Assembly: GCA_021813765.1 (NCBI GenBank) | Contig: JAKAJM010000004.1 | Coordinates: 4,776-68,775, forward strand | Direction of reading: 5' to 3' | Source of the DNA: Nitrospirota bacterium | GTDB taxonomy: Bacteria > Nitrospirota > Thermodesulfovibrionia > Thermodesulfovibrionales > JdFR-88 | Length of the DNA stretch: 64,000 nucleotides | In this document: positions 9,412 to 19,237 of the stretch, in pieces | How the letters are laid out: every line of letters starts with the position of its first letter | Position numbering within the stretch: the first letter of the stretch is position 1 | Made by a program: the position numbers and the translations under genes | The notes under the pieces: generated by a model | What the model saw: only the letters and a program-made list of their open reading frames with translations | Told to the model about the DNA's origin: nothing | Database searches by the model: none

Positions 9412-10013
9412 CCCTTTTCCCGGCCGCGCCTGTCCCTCAGCAACCCAAGCAGAAAAAGTCCGCAGGCGTTTTTCCCCTCGCCAGTCATGTCCGGCGCGCC
9501 GTTTGTCAGGTCTCCGGAGAGTTGAGCCAATATCATGCCCCTCAGGCAATAGAAAAGGACTGATGCCGTTGCCTGGCAGTCCATTTGCCTGAATATTTTT
9601 TCCCTGACCCCCTTTTCCAGTATGTCGGCGATGAGCTTTTTCTGGGAATCGAAAAATGCCTTTTTTATGGGCTTCTTTATTTCCAGATCGTGTTCCTTTA
9701 TCTGCTGTGAAACAAGCTTTGCCTTTTTGACCGCGTAGTCAAGATAACTGTCTATGAGCCCTCTCAGGGCGGAAAGCGGCTCCTGCTTCCTGAGCGGCTC
9801 GGTCATGGCGGAGAAGCTGTCCAGCTGCCGCCGGAAAAGCTCCGAGTAAAGCTCCTCCTTGTTCTTGTAATAAAGGTAAATGGTGCCGACGCTCAGGCCT
9901 GCCCGGCCTGCAACCTTCCTTATTGTCGTATTGGCATAGCCCTCTTCCGCAAAAAGCAGCTGGGCGGCCTCAAGTATGCATTTTCTTGTCGCCGAAGGGC
10001 CTGGTCTTTTCAT
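9396..10013 (-). CDS. TetR/AcrR family transcriptional regulator
   Basis: N-terminal helix-turn-helix motif ILEAAQLLFAEEGYANTTIRKVAGRAGLSVGTIYLYYKNKEELY. It forms an operon with the MFS efflux gene. Confidence 0.88.
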   Translation of the reverse strand: MKRPGPSATRKCILEAAQLLFAEEGYANTTIRKVAGRAGLSVGTIYLYYKNKEELYSELFRRQLDSFSAMTEPLRKQEPLSALRGLIDSYLDYAVKKAKLVSQQIKEHDLEIKKPIKKAFFDSQKKLIADILEKGVREKIFRQMDCQATASVLFYCLRGMILAQLSGDLTNGAPDMTGEGKNACGLFLLGLLRDRRGREKGWARP

Positions 10014-10110
10014 CCTTGTTCCCCTTTTATTTCCAGGTCTTGCGCGCCGGTCATTATAAGGCTTTCAGTTTGTTCGCCCCCTGCAGGGAGCATCTTATTG
10101 CCGGGGCAAA

Positions 10111-10128
10111 ACTGAACACGCGTTCAGT
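10111..10128. promoter_or_regulatory. Inverted repeat ACTGAAC-N4-GTTCAGT, candidate operator in the tetR / hcp divergent region
   Basis: Perfect 7-bp arms read directly from sequence. It lies about 100 nt upstream of the tetR start and about 200 nt upstream of hcp. Confidence 0.35.
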
Positions 10129-10244
10129 ATATTTCCAATCCCATTGCCACGTCAAGCCGGAAAGGCTTTTATCTGCCTGCCATGATGCGCGTCATATTCA
10201 ATCTGAATTTTTAATTTTATAGTTTTAATCAGACCGCTTTGTGA

Positions 10245-10288
10245 TTTTGCGCTTTTTGAACTGGTTTGATTCAAACAAAAACGCAAAA
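10245..10288. promoter_or_regulatory. Imperfect ~44-bp palindrome centred on GTTTGA-T-TCAAAC upstream of hcp
   Basis: TTTTGCGCTTTTT...GTTTGATTCAAAC...AAAAACGCAAAA ends about 40 nt before the hcp start codon. It is a candidate regulator site, and the regulator is unknown. Confidence 0.3.
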
Positions 10289-10329
10289 AGGAAAAAGGTC
10301 TTTTAAATTTAAAAATCAAGGAGGTTTTT

Positions 10330-11988
10330 ATGTTCTGTTACCAGTGCGAACAGGCAGCGCAGTGCAAGGCCTGCACCAAAATTGGTGTCTGCGGCAAGAA
10401 CGAGGAGGTCTCGGCCCTTCAGGACCTGCTCATACATTCGCTCAAGGGGCTTTCGGTCTATGCGCAGGAGGGCAGGCGCTCAGGCGTGAACGAGCACGAG
10501 GTCAACGTCTTTACGGCTGAAGCCCTGTTCTCTACGCTGACGAACGTGGATTTTGACCCGCAGCGTTTCGCGGAACTTATAGGCAAAGCCTCCCGGCTTA
10601 AGGAAGGCCTTAGGAAGAAGATAGCAGCCGCAGGCGGAAATTCGTCCATTCCGGGCAAGGCCGCCTCCTTCATCCCCGCCCAGGATCTGGACGGCCTCGT
10701 AAGACAGGGCCAGCAGGCGACGGTGGAGGATGCTTCAGATCCGGACATAAAATCCCTTCAGGATATCGTGCTTTTCGGGCTGAAGGGTTTGGCTGCATAC
10801 ACTGACCATGCATACATCCTTGGACAGGAGGACGATGCCGTGTATGCCTATATGCATGAGGCTCTGGCCTCAATGACAAGGGCAGACATCGGCCTTGAGG
10901 GCTGGGTCAGGCTTGCGATGAAATGCGGAGAGGTGAACCTGCGCGCCATGGAGCTGCTCGATGCCGCAAACACCGGGGCGTATGGCCATCCCGTGCCGGT
11001 TAAAGTGCCACTGGGGGCCAAAAAAGGGAAGGCCCTGCTCGTTTCCGGCCACGACCTCAAGGACCTTGAGGAGATACTCAAACAGACCGAAGGGAAGGGG
11101 ATCAATGTCTATACACACGGCGAGATGCTTCCTGCGCACGGCTATCCGGGGCTGAAACGCTACGCCCACCTTTACGGCCATTACGGGACCGCTTGGCAGA
11201 ACCAGCAGAAGGAGTTCGCAAAATTCCCTGGTGCAATAGTGATGACCACCAACTGCCTTCAAAAACCCCGGGACTCCTACAAGGAAAATATCTTCACCTG
11301 CGGTCTGACAGGGTGGCCGGGCGTAACACATGTCACGGGCCGCGATTTCACCCCGGCCATAGACAAGGCGCTCTCGATGCAGGGTTTTGCGCACGATGAA
11401 AAAGGCGGTGAGGTAATGACCGGGTTTGCAAGAAATGCCGTCCTGGGCGTTGCGGACAAGATAATCGATGCGGTAAAGGGCGGGCAGATACGCCATTTCT
11501 TCCTCGTGGGCGGCTGCGACGGGGCAAGGCATGGAAGGAATTATTACACACGGTTCGTTGAGAAAACGCCGATGGACACCGTCGTTCTGACCCTGGCCTG
11601 CGGCAAGTTCAGGTTCTTTGACAGGGAGCTTGGAAGCATAGGCGGCATACCCAGACTTCTGGACATAGGCCAGTGCAACGACGCCTATTCCGCCATCCAG
11701 ATAGCGCTTGCCCTTTCGGAGGCGTTTAACGTGGGCGTGAACGAGCTGCCCCTCTCGCTTGTCCTTTCATGGTATGAGCAGAAGGCCGTGGCGATACTTC
11801 TTACGCTCCTGCACCTGGGCATAAAGGACATACGCCTGGGGCCGACGCTGCCGGCTTTCATAACAGAAAACGTGCTTGATGTGCTGGTGAAAAATTTCGA
11901 CATAAAGCCGATAGCGGAGGAGCCCGAAGAGGACCTCAGGGCCATCCTGGGCGAGGACTGCTGCCGCCAGGAGGAGCCTGCGGCATAA
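10330..11988 (+). CDS. hcp: Hydroxylamine reductase / hybrid-cluster protein
   Basis: 552 aa. It has the N-terminal Cys cluster MFCYQCEQAAQCKACTKIGVCGK and Hcp-type sequence throughout. A strong AAGGAGG ribosome-binding site is present. Confidence 0.92.
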   Translation: MFCYQCEQAAQCKACTKIGVCGKNEEVSALQDLLIHSLKGLSVYAQEGRRSGVNEHEVNVFTAEALFSTLTNVDFDPQRFAELIGKASRLKEGLRKKIAAAGGNSSIPGKAASFIPAQDLDGLVRQGQQATVEDASDPDIKSLQDIVLFGLKGLAAYTDHAYILGQEDDAVYAYMHEALASMTRADIGLEGWVRLAMKCGEVNLRAMELLDAANTGAYGHPVPVKVPLGAKKGKALLVSGHDLKDLEEILKQTEGKGINVYTHGEMLPAHGYPGLKRYAHLYGHYGTAWQNQQKEFAKFPGAIVMTTNCLQKPRDSYKENIFTCGLTGWPGVTHVTGRDFTPAIDKALSMQGFAHDEKGGEVMTGFARNAVLGVADKIIDAVKGGQIRHFFLVGGCDGARHGRNYYTRFVEKTPMDTVVLTLACGKFRFFDRELGSIGGIPRLLDIGQCNDAYSAIQIALALSEAFNVGVNELPLSLVLSWYEQKAVAILLTLLHLGIKDIRLGPTLPAFITENVLDVLVKNFDIKPIAEEPEEDLRAILGEDCCRQEEPAA

Positions 11989-12174
11989 AGTAACCGGAAA
12001 CCCGGAGGCTGGGAAAATAAAAAAGCTCTTATTTTTCCGGTCTCCGGTCTTTTTCTTAAGCTCCGGCAGAAAAAGAAAAAGTCTCGAATTCGCTATTTCC
12101 CTGCCGAATTTATTAAGAAACCTGAGAATCCATTTTCAATGGAAATCACCAAAAACCGGACTTCCGCCTTCAGC

Positions 12175-12948
12175 CTATCTGGTTATATCCAGCCAGGCTC
12201 GGCCGCTTCGCCGGCGCAGGCCGACCGGCATTCCGAAAAAAGAAGAAAGGTTTTTTGAAGTAAGGACGCTTTCTGCGCTTCCGGCGGAGTGCACCTCCCC
12301 CGCTTTCAAAAGAAGGACGTGCGTAAAGACGGGCAGTATCTCCTCCACGTGATGAGTCACGTAAATAAGGGCGGGCGACGGACCTGTCCCGATCGCCTGA
12401 ACGGCTGAAAGAAAATCCTCCCTGGAGAAAACGTCAAGACCCGAGCACGGCTCATCCATTATGAGAAGCTTTGGGGAAGACACCAGGGCTCTCGCTATCA
12501 GCACCTTTTGCTTCTCCCCCTGTGAGAGGGTTTCGTATCTCTGGGTGGCCATATGACCGCATTTCAGGCTCTCAAGCGCCTTTTGCGCCCTGGCAATGTC
12601 CCTTTTCTGCGGCGAGTCGTAAAGCCCGATGGTGCTGAATATCCCGCCCAGGACCGTCTCAAGCGCGGTCTCCCCTCCATAGAGCCTTCCCTGGAGGGAT
12701 GAGCTTATGAAGCCTATGCTTTTACGCATAAGGCGCCAGTCGTAGGCGCCATAACGCCTGCCCAGAACGCGCATCAGGCCGGAGGAAAGGGGTACGTAAC
12801 CGTTTAAGAGGTTAAGGAGGCTGGTCTTGCCGGAGCCGTTCAGGCCCACGATGGCCCAGTGCTCGCCCGGCCTTACCGCCCAGTCTATGTCCCGCAGGAC
12901 CTGCCTGTCTTCAATGAAGCAGGATGCCGCCTTCAGTTCGATTATCAC
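12175..12948 (-). CDS. Stand-alone ABC-type ATPase (YlmA/ModF-like)
   Basis: Walker A GLNGSGKTSLL, signature LSQGEKQKV and Walker B LLIMDEP are present. No permease gene is adjacent. Confidence 0.8.
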   Translation of the reverse strand: MIIELKAASCFIEDRQVLRDIDWAVRPGEHWAIVGLNGSGKTSLLNLLNGYVPLSSGLMRVLGRRYGAYDWRLMRKSIGFISSSLQGRLYGGETALETVLGGIFSTIGLYDSPQKRDIARAQKALESLKCGHMATQRYETLSQGEKQKVLIARALVSSPKLLIMDEPCSGLDVFSREDFLSAVQAIGTGPSPALIYVTHHVEEILPVFTHVLLLKAGEVHSAGSAESVLTSKNLSSFFGMPVGLRRRSGRAWLDITR

Positions 12949-12985
12949 AGGCCGTCCACCTGAAGGATTTTTTGGTTTTCCGCTT

Positions 12986-14005
12986 CTATGCCATCTCCAC
13001 GAGCTTTTCCGCTATCTGCACGGCGTTCAGGGCAGCGCCCTTCCGCAGGTTGTCGGAGACAAGCCAGAGGTTCAGGCCGTTTTCAATGGACTCATCCACT
13101 CTGATCCGGCCCACAAAGGTCTCGTCCTTGCCGGCCGCATACAGCGGGAGGGGATAGATATTTTTCTCAGGGGCGTCGTAGACCACCACTCCGGGGGCGC
13201 CTGAAAGCACCGCCCTTGCCTCATCGGCGGAGATCTTCTTTTCCGTCTCTATGTTCACGCTTTCAGAATGTCCCCTGAAGACCGGCACGCGCACTGTGGT
13301 GGCGGTGACCCTGATTGAGGAGTCCCCCATTATCTTCCTTGTCTCGTTCACCATCTTCATCTCTTCCTTGGTGTAGCCGTTGTCAAGGAACTTGTCTATG
13401 TGCGGCAGGACGTTGAAGGCTATCTGGTGCGGATAGACATTGCATGTGACCTCTTTAAAGGCAAGAAGGTCTCCAGTCTGCTTAAGGAGCTCGTCCATTG
13501 CTTTCTTGCCCGTCCCGGATACCGCCTGAAAGGTGGTCACAACAACCCTTTTTATCCTGGCCGCGTCGTGGATGGGCTTCAGGACAACCACCATCCCGAT
13601 GGTAGAGCAGTTGGGATTAGCGATTATCCCCTTGTGCCACTTAAGGTCCTGAGGGTTCACCTCGGGCACGACAAGGGGGACCTCCGGGTCCATGCGCCAC
13701 TGGCTGGAGTTGTCCACCACCACGCAGCCGCTTTTGGCGGCTATGGGGGCCCACATTGCGGACCTTTCACCTCCGGCCGAAAAAAGGGCTATGTCTATTC
13801 CCTTGAACGAATCTTCCTTCAGGGTCTCGACCGCAACCTCATCCTCCCCGAACGGAAGCCTTGTGCCAATGGACCGCTCGGAGGCAAAAAGACGCAGTTC
13901 CTTTACAGGGAACTTCCGTTCCTCCAGCACGGAGATCATCTCGTTTCCCACAGCCCCTGTGGCGCCGACCACCGCCACTACGTATTTATCTTTTCTCTTG
14001 AGCAT
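12986..14005 (-). CDS. asd: Aspartate-semialdehyde dehydrogenase
   Basis: 339 aa with VAVVGATGAVG NAD(P) motif and active-site NPNCSTI. Confidence 0.92.
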   Translation of the reverse strand: MLKRKDKYVVAVVGATGAVGNEMISVLEERKFPVKELRLFASERSIGTRLPFGEDEVAVETLKEDSFKGIDIALFSAGGERSAMWAPIAAKSGCVVVDNSSQWRMDPEVPLVVPEVNPQDLKWHKGIIANPNCSTIGMVVVLKPIHDAARIKRVVVTTFQAVSGTGKKAMDELLKQTGDLLAFKEVTCNVYPHQIAFNVLPHIDKFLDNGYTKEEMKMVNETRKIMGDSSIRVTATTVRVPVFRGHSESVNIETEKKISADEARAVLSGAPGVVVYDAPEKNIYPLPLYAAGKDETFVGRIRVDESIENGLNLWLVSDNLRKGAALNAVQIAEKLVEMA

Positions 14006-14164
14006 TTTTTCTTTTGAAAATTCCCCTTCCTTTTTCAGACATCGGGGCCGGTTAAAAATGGGGGCCGGCCCTTGCGCGGTTTTTTTACAAAAAACCCGAA
14101 CTTTATATTAGCGAAACGTGGCGGGAGTATTCAAGGGGTAAAAACCTTCCCTTTTCCTGACCTG

Positions 14165-16174
14165 TCAGAGGTCGGGCATGTCTTTTATCACCTTGCTCAA
14201 TACGCGGTTGAGCTCCGACACGAGAAAAGGTTTTGCCAGAACTCCCTTGAAGCCGTAATCGCCGAACCGGGCCATAGCCGGGTCGTTATAATTGCCGGAG
14301 GCCGCAATGGCCCTTACCCCGGGATCTATCTCCATAAGCCTTCGGGCCGTCTCCTTCCCGTCCGGCCCTCCCGCCACCACAAGGTCCAGTATGACCGCAT
14401 CATACGGCTTCCCGGACTTTAAAGCCGCCATGTACATCTCTATCGCTTCGTCCCCGTTGCCCGCCAGGTCCACAGCATACCCGCACTGCTCCAGCATGCG
14501 GGCGATGACCACCCGCACACCTTCCTCGTCGTCCATCAGTAGGATTTTGCCCTCCCCGTAGGCCTGGCTGAACCTGTCTTCTTCCTCCCTCCCGTCTTTT
14601 GCCGCTGTCTTCAAAAAAAGCTCAGGAACGGCGGGAAGGTACATTTTGAAGGTCCTGCCCTGCTGTCCGGACACGGCAAAGATGCATCCGCCGTGCTTTT
14701 TTACTATGGAATAGGCGATGGCAAGGCCGAAATCCGGTTTTTTCCCGGGCCCCGCAACAAAGAAAGGGTCAAATATTTTTGGCAGCTCCTCTCCGGGCAG
14801 GGCCGGACCCGTGTCTTCAAAAGATAGCTTCACATACCTGCCTTCCTCAAGCGGAGGCAGTTCATCCGCCACGACGCTTACGTTCATGGCCCTCACCGCT
14901 ATGGGCCCCGCCCCGGGCATGGCCTGGTGAGCGTTCATGAGCATATTGTTCATGGCCTGCATTATCTGCCCCTGGTCGGCCATTACAGGCCAAAGGCCGC
15001 CGGGCAGGAAAAGCTCTACCTTGTTGGGGATGGAGGCTGCCGACAGGGAAACGGCGCTTTTTATTAGCTCCTCCACCCTGAGGGGCTTTTTGGCCATCTC
15101 CCCGGTCTTTGAAAAAGCAAGCATCTGGTCGGCCAGGTCCCTGCCTTTTATCGATGCCTTTTCCGCCTCGTTCAGGATGTCTTTCATCTCTCCCGTGACC
15201 GGGTAGAGCCTGGAGAGCGCTATATTGCCCATAATCATGGTCAGGATGTTGTTGAACTCATGGGCGATGCCCCCGGCAAGCGCCGCAAACGACTCCAGGC
15301 GCTGGGCCCGCTGCAGTTCGGCCTCGATCGTCTGCCGGGCCGTGACATCCTTCACGATCGCAACGGCCCCGCTGACCTGCCCTTCGCGGTCCACAAGAGG
15401 GGATATATGTATCTCCGTCCAGTCGCCGTATCTGACACATATGTCCCCGGACCTGACCGTAACGGTGGTGGAACGGCCGGTCCGCATGACCTCAAAGGCT
15501 GTGCATCCCTCGCAGGGCGCCGTCCTGCCCGCCGCCTCATAGCATTTCCGTCCGGCAAGATAGGAGCTTCCACACAAACCATCCATCGCTTTGTTGGAGC
15601 GGAGGATGGTCAGTTCACTGTCCATTATTAGCACTGCGGCCTCGATGCTCTCAAAAACGTTCGCAAGGAACTCTTCTTCCGTTTTTATCTTTTCTTCGCG
15701 CTGCCTGCGTTCGGTTATGTCCCTGGCTATGCCCAGAACGCTGCAGACCGTCCCCTGCTTGTCCCTGACCGGGATCAGCCGTGTCTCCAGGCATATCTTT
15801 CTGCCCAGGAAACTTATCACGTCTTCCACGAACAGGGGCTCTCCGGACTGGAAGACCCTTTGGAGGTGCATACCCTGGAATTCAAATACGTCCGGCGGGA
15901 AGAGTTCCTCAAGCGGTCTGCCCAGGATGTCCTCCGGGGGGATGCCCAGGAACCCGGCGGCGAAATCGTTTACGAACCTGACGCGTCCGTCCTCTCCTAC
16001 AATGAACACTATGTCCAGGCTCAGCTCCGCAAGGGTGCGGTAATGGCTTTCCCTTTCCATGAGGGACTCGATGATTTTTTTGAGCTTTTCCTGGGACTCC
16101 TCGGCCCTGGCAAGCCGCTCTTCCAGGTCCGGGGATGACCGGCCGTCTTTACTGTTTTTTTCTCTTTCTTCCAA
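14165..16174 (-). CDS. Hybrid sensor histidine kinase (PAS domains, HisKA, HATPase_c, C-terminal receiver)
   Basis: H-box HEFNNILTMIMGNI and ATPase region are present. The C-terminal REC domain reads KILLMDDEEGVR...AVILDLVV...KPF. PAS-like repeats lie in the N-terminal half. Confidence 0.88.
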   Translation of the reverse strand: MEEREKNSKDGRSSPDLEERLARAEESQEKLKKIIESLMERESHYRTLAELSLDIVFIVGEDGRVRFVNDFAAGFLGIPPEDILGRPLEELFPPDVFEFQGMHLQRVFQSGEPLFVEDVISFLGRKICLETRLIPVRDKQGTVCSVLGIARDITERRQREEKIKTEEEFLANVFESIEAAVLIMDSELTILRSNKAMDGLCGSSYLAGRKCYEAAGRTAPCEGCTAFEVMRTGRSTTVTVRSGDICVRYGDWTEIHISPLVDREGQVSGAVAIVKDVTARQTIEAELQRAQRLESFAALAGGIAHEFNNILTMIMGNIALSRLYPVTGEMKDILNEAEKASIKGRDLADQMLAFSKTGEMAKKPLRVEELIKSAVSLSAASIPNKVELFLPGGLWPVMADQGQIMQAMNNMLMNAHQAMPGAGPIAVRAMNVSVVADELPPLEEGRYVKLSFEDTGPALPGEELPKIFDPFFVAGPGKKPDFGLAIAYSIVKKHGGCIFAVSGQQGRTFKMYLPAVPELFLKTAAKDGREEEDRFSQAYGEGKILLMDDEEGVRVVIARMLEQCGYAVDLAGNGDEAIEMYMAALKSGKPYDAVILDLVVAGGPDGKETARRLMEIDPGVRAIAASGNYNDPAMARFGDYGFKGVLAKPFLVSELNRVLSKVIKDMPDL

Positions 16175-16186
16175 CGCGGGGTCCCG

Positions 16187-17464
16187 TCAAAGAAGCATCG
16201 ATGCCCTTTCGGCAAGCGCGCTCCTGGCACTCTTTGTAAGGTTCAGATAACAGAAAAACTCCTCGTTTATGAACCTGCTTATAAGATAGGCAAGCCCGTT
16301 GCTGTCAGAGTCCAGGTAAGGGGTGTCTATCTGGTCCAGGTCTCCGGTGAACACCACCTTCGTCCCTTCTCCGGCCCTGGTAAGTATGGTCTTTATGTCC
16401 AGGGGCCTCAGGTTCTGAGCCTCATCGATTATCATGTACCTGCCGGGAAGGCTCCTTCCCCTTATGTAGGTCAGGGGCTCGATGTGCACCGCGTCTGATT
16501 CCACCAGGTAGTTCGAGCTGCGGTATTTGAAGACGTGCCTGTCGTCCTTCTTTTCCTGCGGGGTGCCCACTATCACGTCCAGGTTGTCGAATATGGGCTG
16601 CATCCAGGGGCGGAGCTTCTCCTCCACGTCCCCAGGCAAAAAGCCAAGGTCCTGCCCCAATGGGACAACCGGCCTTGCGACCAGCACCTGCTCATAATGC
16701 CCCTTCTCCCTCTGATGGAGCCCGGCGGCCAGGGCAAGCAAGGTCTTGCCGGTGCCGGCGCGGCCGGTCAGGGCCAGCACCTGAACGTCTGAAGCCGTCA
16801 GGGCGTCAATGGCGCATTCCTGGTCCGTGTTTTTGGGCACAATGCCGGAGACGGAGCGCTGCCTTTTAATGGCCATCTGGTTGTCGCTCCCCCAGAGCCT
16901 GAATATGGTGCCCCCATCCATCTGGTATCTCACGGACTGGATGGCTTGCGCGCGGGGGTCCGCCGGGCTTGTGACAAGCCCGTATTCCCTGGCAGCGGTC
17001 GTCTTGTCGTGTTTGTAATCCTGGGCCTCGACCCCCTGGGCCTCCGATTTGATCCTTACGGCGGTGTCCTTTGAAACGACAACGACAGGGGTGCCGCCAG
17101 AGACCTCTTTCATGTCCAGTGCGGTCTTTATTATCTTGTCGTCCGCGGAAAGCTGTCTGCCGCCAGGCCCGTGGGCGTTGTCCTCCTTCAGGGAGACCTT
17201 GAGCGACCCGCCGCCCGGGGTCTTCACGTCCTTTGACAGGTTGCCCCTTGGCCTCAGGCCGTCTATAACCCTCAGGGCTTCCCTCGACGAATAGCTCACG
17301 GACCCGTGCCCCCGCTTAAGTCCGTCCAGTTCCTCTATCACCGTGATAGGGATGATGATATCGTTGTCCTCGAACTTCTCAAGCGCGTGCGGGTCGTGTA
17401 TCAGAACGCTCGTGTCAATGACGTATATCTTCTTCAAATGGCTCCTTTCCGCTTTTCCTTTCAC
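16187..17464 (-). CDS. PIN-domain plus PhoH-like ATPase (YlaK family)
   Basis: N-terminal PIN (IYVIDTSVLIHDP...ITVIEELD) and a PhoH ATPase with Walker A GRAGTGKT. Confidence 0.88.
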   Translation of the reverse strand: MKGKAERSHLKKIYVIDTSVLIHDPHALEKFEDNDIIIPITVIEELDGLKRGHGSVSYSSREALRVIDGLRPRGNLSKDVKTPGGGSLKVSLKEDNAHGPGGRQLSADDKIIKTALDMKEVSGGTPVVVVSKDTAVRIKSEAQGVEAQDYKHDKTTAAREYGLVTSPADPRAQAIQSVRYQMDGGTIFRLWGSDNQMAIKRQRSVSGIVPKNTDQECAIDALTASDVQVLALTGRAGTGKTLLALAAGLHQREKGHYEQVLVARPVVPLGQDLGFLPGDVEEKLRPWMQPIFDNLDVIVGTPQEKKDDRHVFKYRSSNYLVESDAVHIEPLTYIRGRSLPGRYMIIDEAQNLRPLDIKTILTRAGEGTKVVFTGDLDQIDTPYLDSDSNGLAYLISRFINEEFFCYLNLTKSARSALAERASMLL

Positions 17465-19062
17465 CCCTGCTCTTTAAGCAGTTTGTATTCTATGCTGTCC
17501 ACAAGCGCCTGGTAGGATGCCTCTATTATGTTTTCGGAGACCCCGACGGTGCACCACTTCATCTTCCCGTCGCCGGACTCTATCAGGACGCGCACTTTTG
17601 CCGCAGTCCCCTTGCCGGGGGCAATGACCCTGACCTTGTAATCGTGCAGCTTTACGGGCCCCAGTTCCGGATAGAACTTTTCAAGCGCCTTCCTCAGCGC
17701 GTTGTCAAGCGCATTTACCGGGCCGTCGCCGGTTGCGGCCGTGTGCTCGACGCTGCCGTCCACGTTCACCATTATGGTGGCCTCATTGATAGGCACCTCG
17801 CCGCCGCTGCGCTTTTCGACGATCACGCGGAAGCCGATAAGGTCGAAGAAGCTCCTGTGGAGGCCAAGCGCCTTTTTCATCAAAAGCTCAAAAGAGGCCT
17901 CGGCAGCCTCATACTGGTAGCCTCGGTTTTCGAGGTCTTTCAGGCTCTTGACTATGTCCCCAAGGAGCGGGGAGCGTTCGCCTATGTCTATCCTGAACTC
18001 TTTGGCCTTTTTTATTATGTTGCTTTTGCCCGAAAGGTCGGAGACGAGCACCCGCCTGGAATTGCCTACCAGCTCCGGATTTATGTGCTCGTAAGTGCCC
18101 GGGTGCTTCATGACGGCGCTCACATGCACCCCTGCCTTGTGGGCAAACGCGCTGTCCCCAACGAAGGGCTGGTGCCCGAAATGCCTCAGGTTGGCTATCT
18201 CGGTGACGAACCTGGAGACGTCCCTCAGTTTCGCCAGCTCCCCGTCCGTAACGCATTTGATGCCCATCTTCAGCTTGAGCGCAGGGATGACGGAACAGAG
18301 GTTCGCGTTGCCGCAGCGCTCCCCGTAGCCGTTAATGGTGCCGTGCACCTGTACAGCGCCCAGGCCCGCCGCCAACAGAGTATTGGCCACGGCGCACTCT
18401 GAATCGTTGTGGGCGTGTATGCCAAAGGGTTTTTTAATGTTTTTCTGTTTTTTGACCGCTTTGATGATGCCCATGAGCGCGTCCGGAAGCGTTCCGCCGT
18501 TGGTGTCGCAAAGCACAAGGCAGTCCGCGCCGCCCTGCGCTGCGGCCTCAAGGCATTTAAGCGCATATGCGGGGTCCGCCTTGTATCCGTCAAAGAAGTG
18601 TTCTGCATCGAAAAAGACCTGCTCGATGTGCTCTTTCAGATAGGAAACGGAGTCCCTGATGATCTTCAGGTTTTCCTCAAGCGGGACGCGCAGCGCTTCG
18701 CGAACATGGAAATCCCATGTTTTTCCGAATATGGTGGCTGCCTTCACCCCGGAGTTCACTATATGCTTGAGGCTCTGGTCGTCTGCTGCCTTGTGCCCCG
18801 GCCTGTGGGTGCTGCCAAAGGCGACCACCCGGGCCTTCATGAGGTCCAGGTGTTTTACTCTTTCAAAATATTCGGAGTCCCTGGGATTGCTGGAGGGCCA
18901 TCCGCCCTCGATATAATCGACGCCCAACTCGTCGAGTTTTTCGGTTATCCTGAGTTTGTCGTCTACAGAGAAGGAGATGTCTTCAGCCTGGGAGCCGTCC
19001 CGCAAGGTCGTGTCATATATAAATACCCGGCCCATAGGGAATAATTTAACACATTTAATCAT
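17461..19062 (-). CDS. cimA: Citramalate synthase (2-isopropylmalate synthase family, CimA type)
   Basis: 533 aa with YDTTLRDGSQ, HAHNDSE and a LeuA-dimer-like C-terminal regulatory domain. GAGGAG lies upstream of the ATG at 19062. An alternative ATG is at 19035. Confidence 0.85.
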   Translation of the reverse strand: MIKCVKLFPMGRVFIYDTTLRDGSQAEDISFSVDDKLRITEKLDELGVDYIEGGWPSSNPRDSEYFERVKHLDLMKARVVAFGSTHRPGHKAADDQSLKHIVNSGVKAATIFGKTWDFHVREALRVPLEENLKIIRDSVSYLKEHIEQVFFDAEHFFDGYKADPAYALKCLEAAAQGGADCLVLCDTNGGTLPDALMGIIKAVKKQKNIKKPFGIHAHNDSECAVANTLLAAGLGAVQVHGTINGYGERCGNANLCSVIPALKLKMGIKCVTDGELAKLRDVSRFVTEIANLRHFGHQPFVGDSAFAHKAGVHVSAVMKHPGTYEHINPELVGNSRRVLVSDLSGKSNIIKKAKEFRIDIGERSPLLGDIVKSLKDLENRGYQYEAAEASFELLMKKALGLHRSFFDLIGFRVIVEKRSGGEVPINEATIMVNVDGSVEHTAATGDGPVNALDNALRKALEKFYPELGPVKLHDYKVRVIAPGKGTAAKVRVLIESGDGKMKWCTVGVSENIIEASYQALVDSIEYKLLKEQG

Positions 19063-19237
19063 TTAAATAACTCCTCTCCGCGCCATATACCCCAGGGCGC
19101 CCGCATGATTCAAACGGAAACAGGCGGCGCGGGCGGCGGATGGGACGGTTTTTCCAACCTTGACCTGGCCGCGCCCGCTGTGTTAATTTTTATGGCTCAA
19201 CAAGAAAAATTTTTTATACGCGGAGGTCGTCCAAAAA

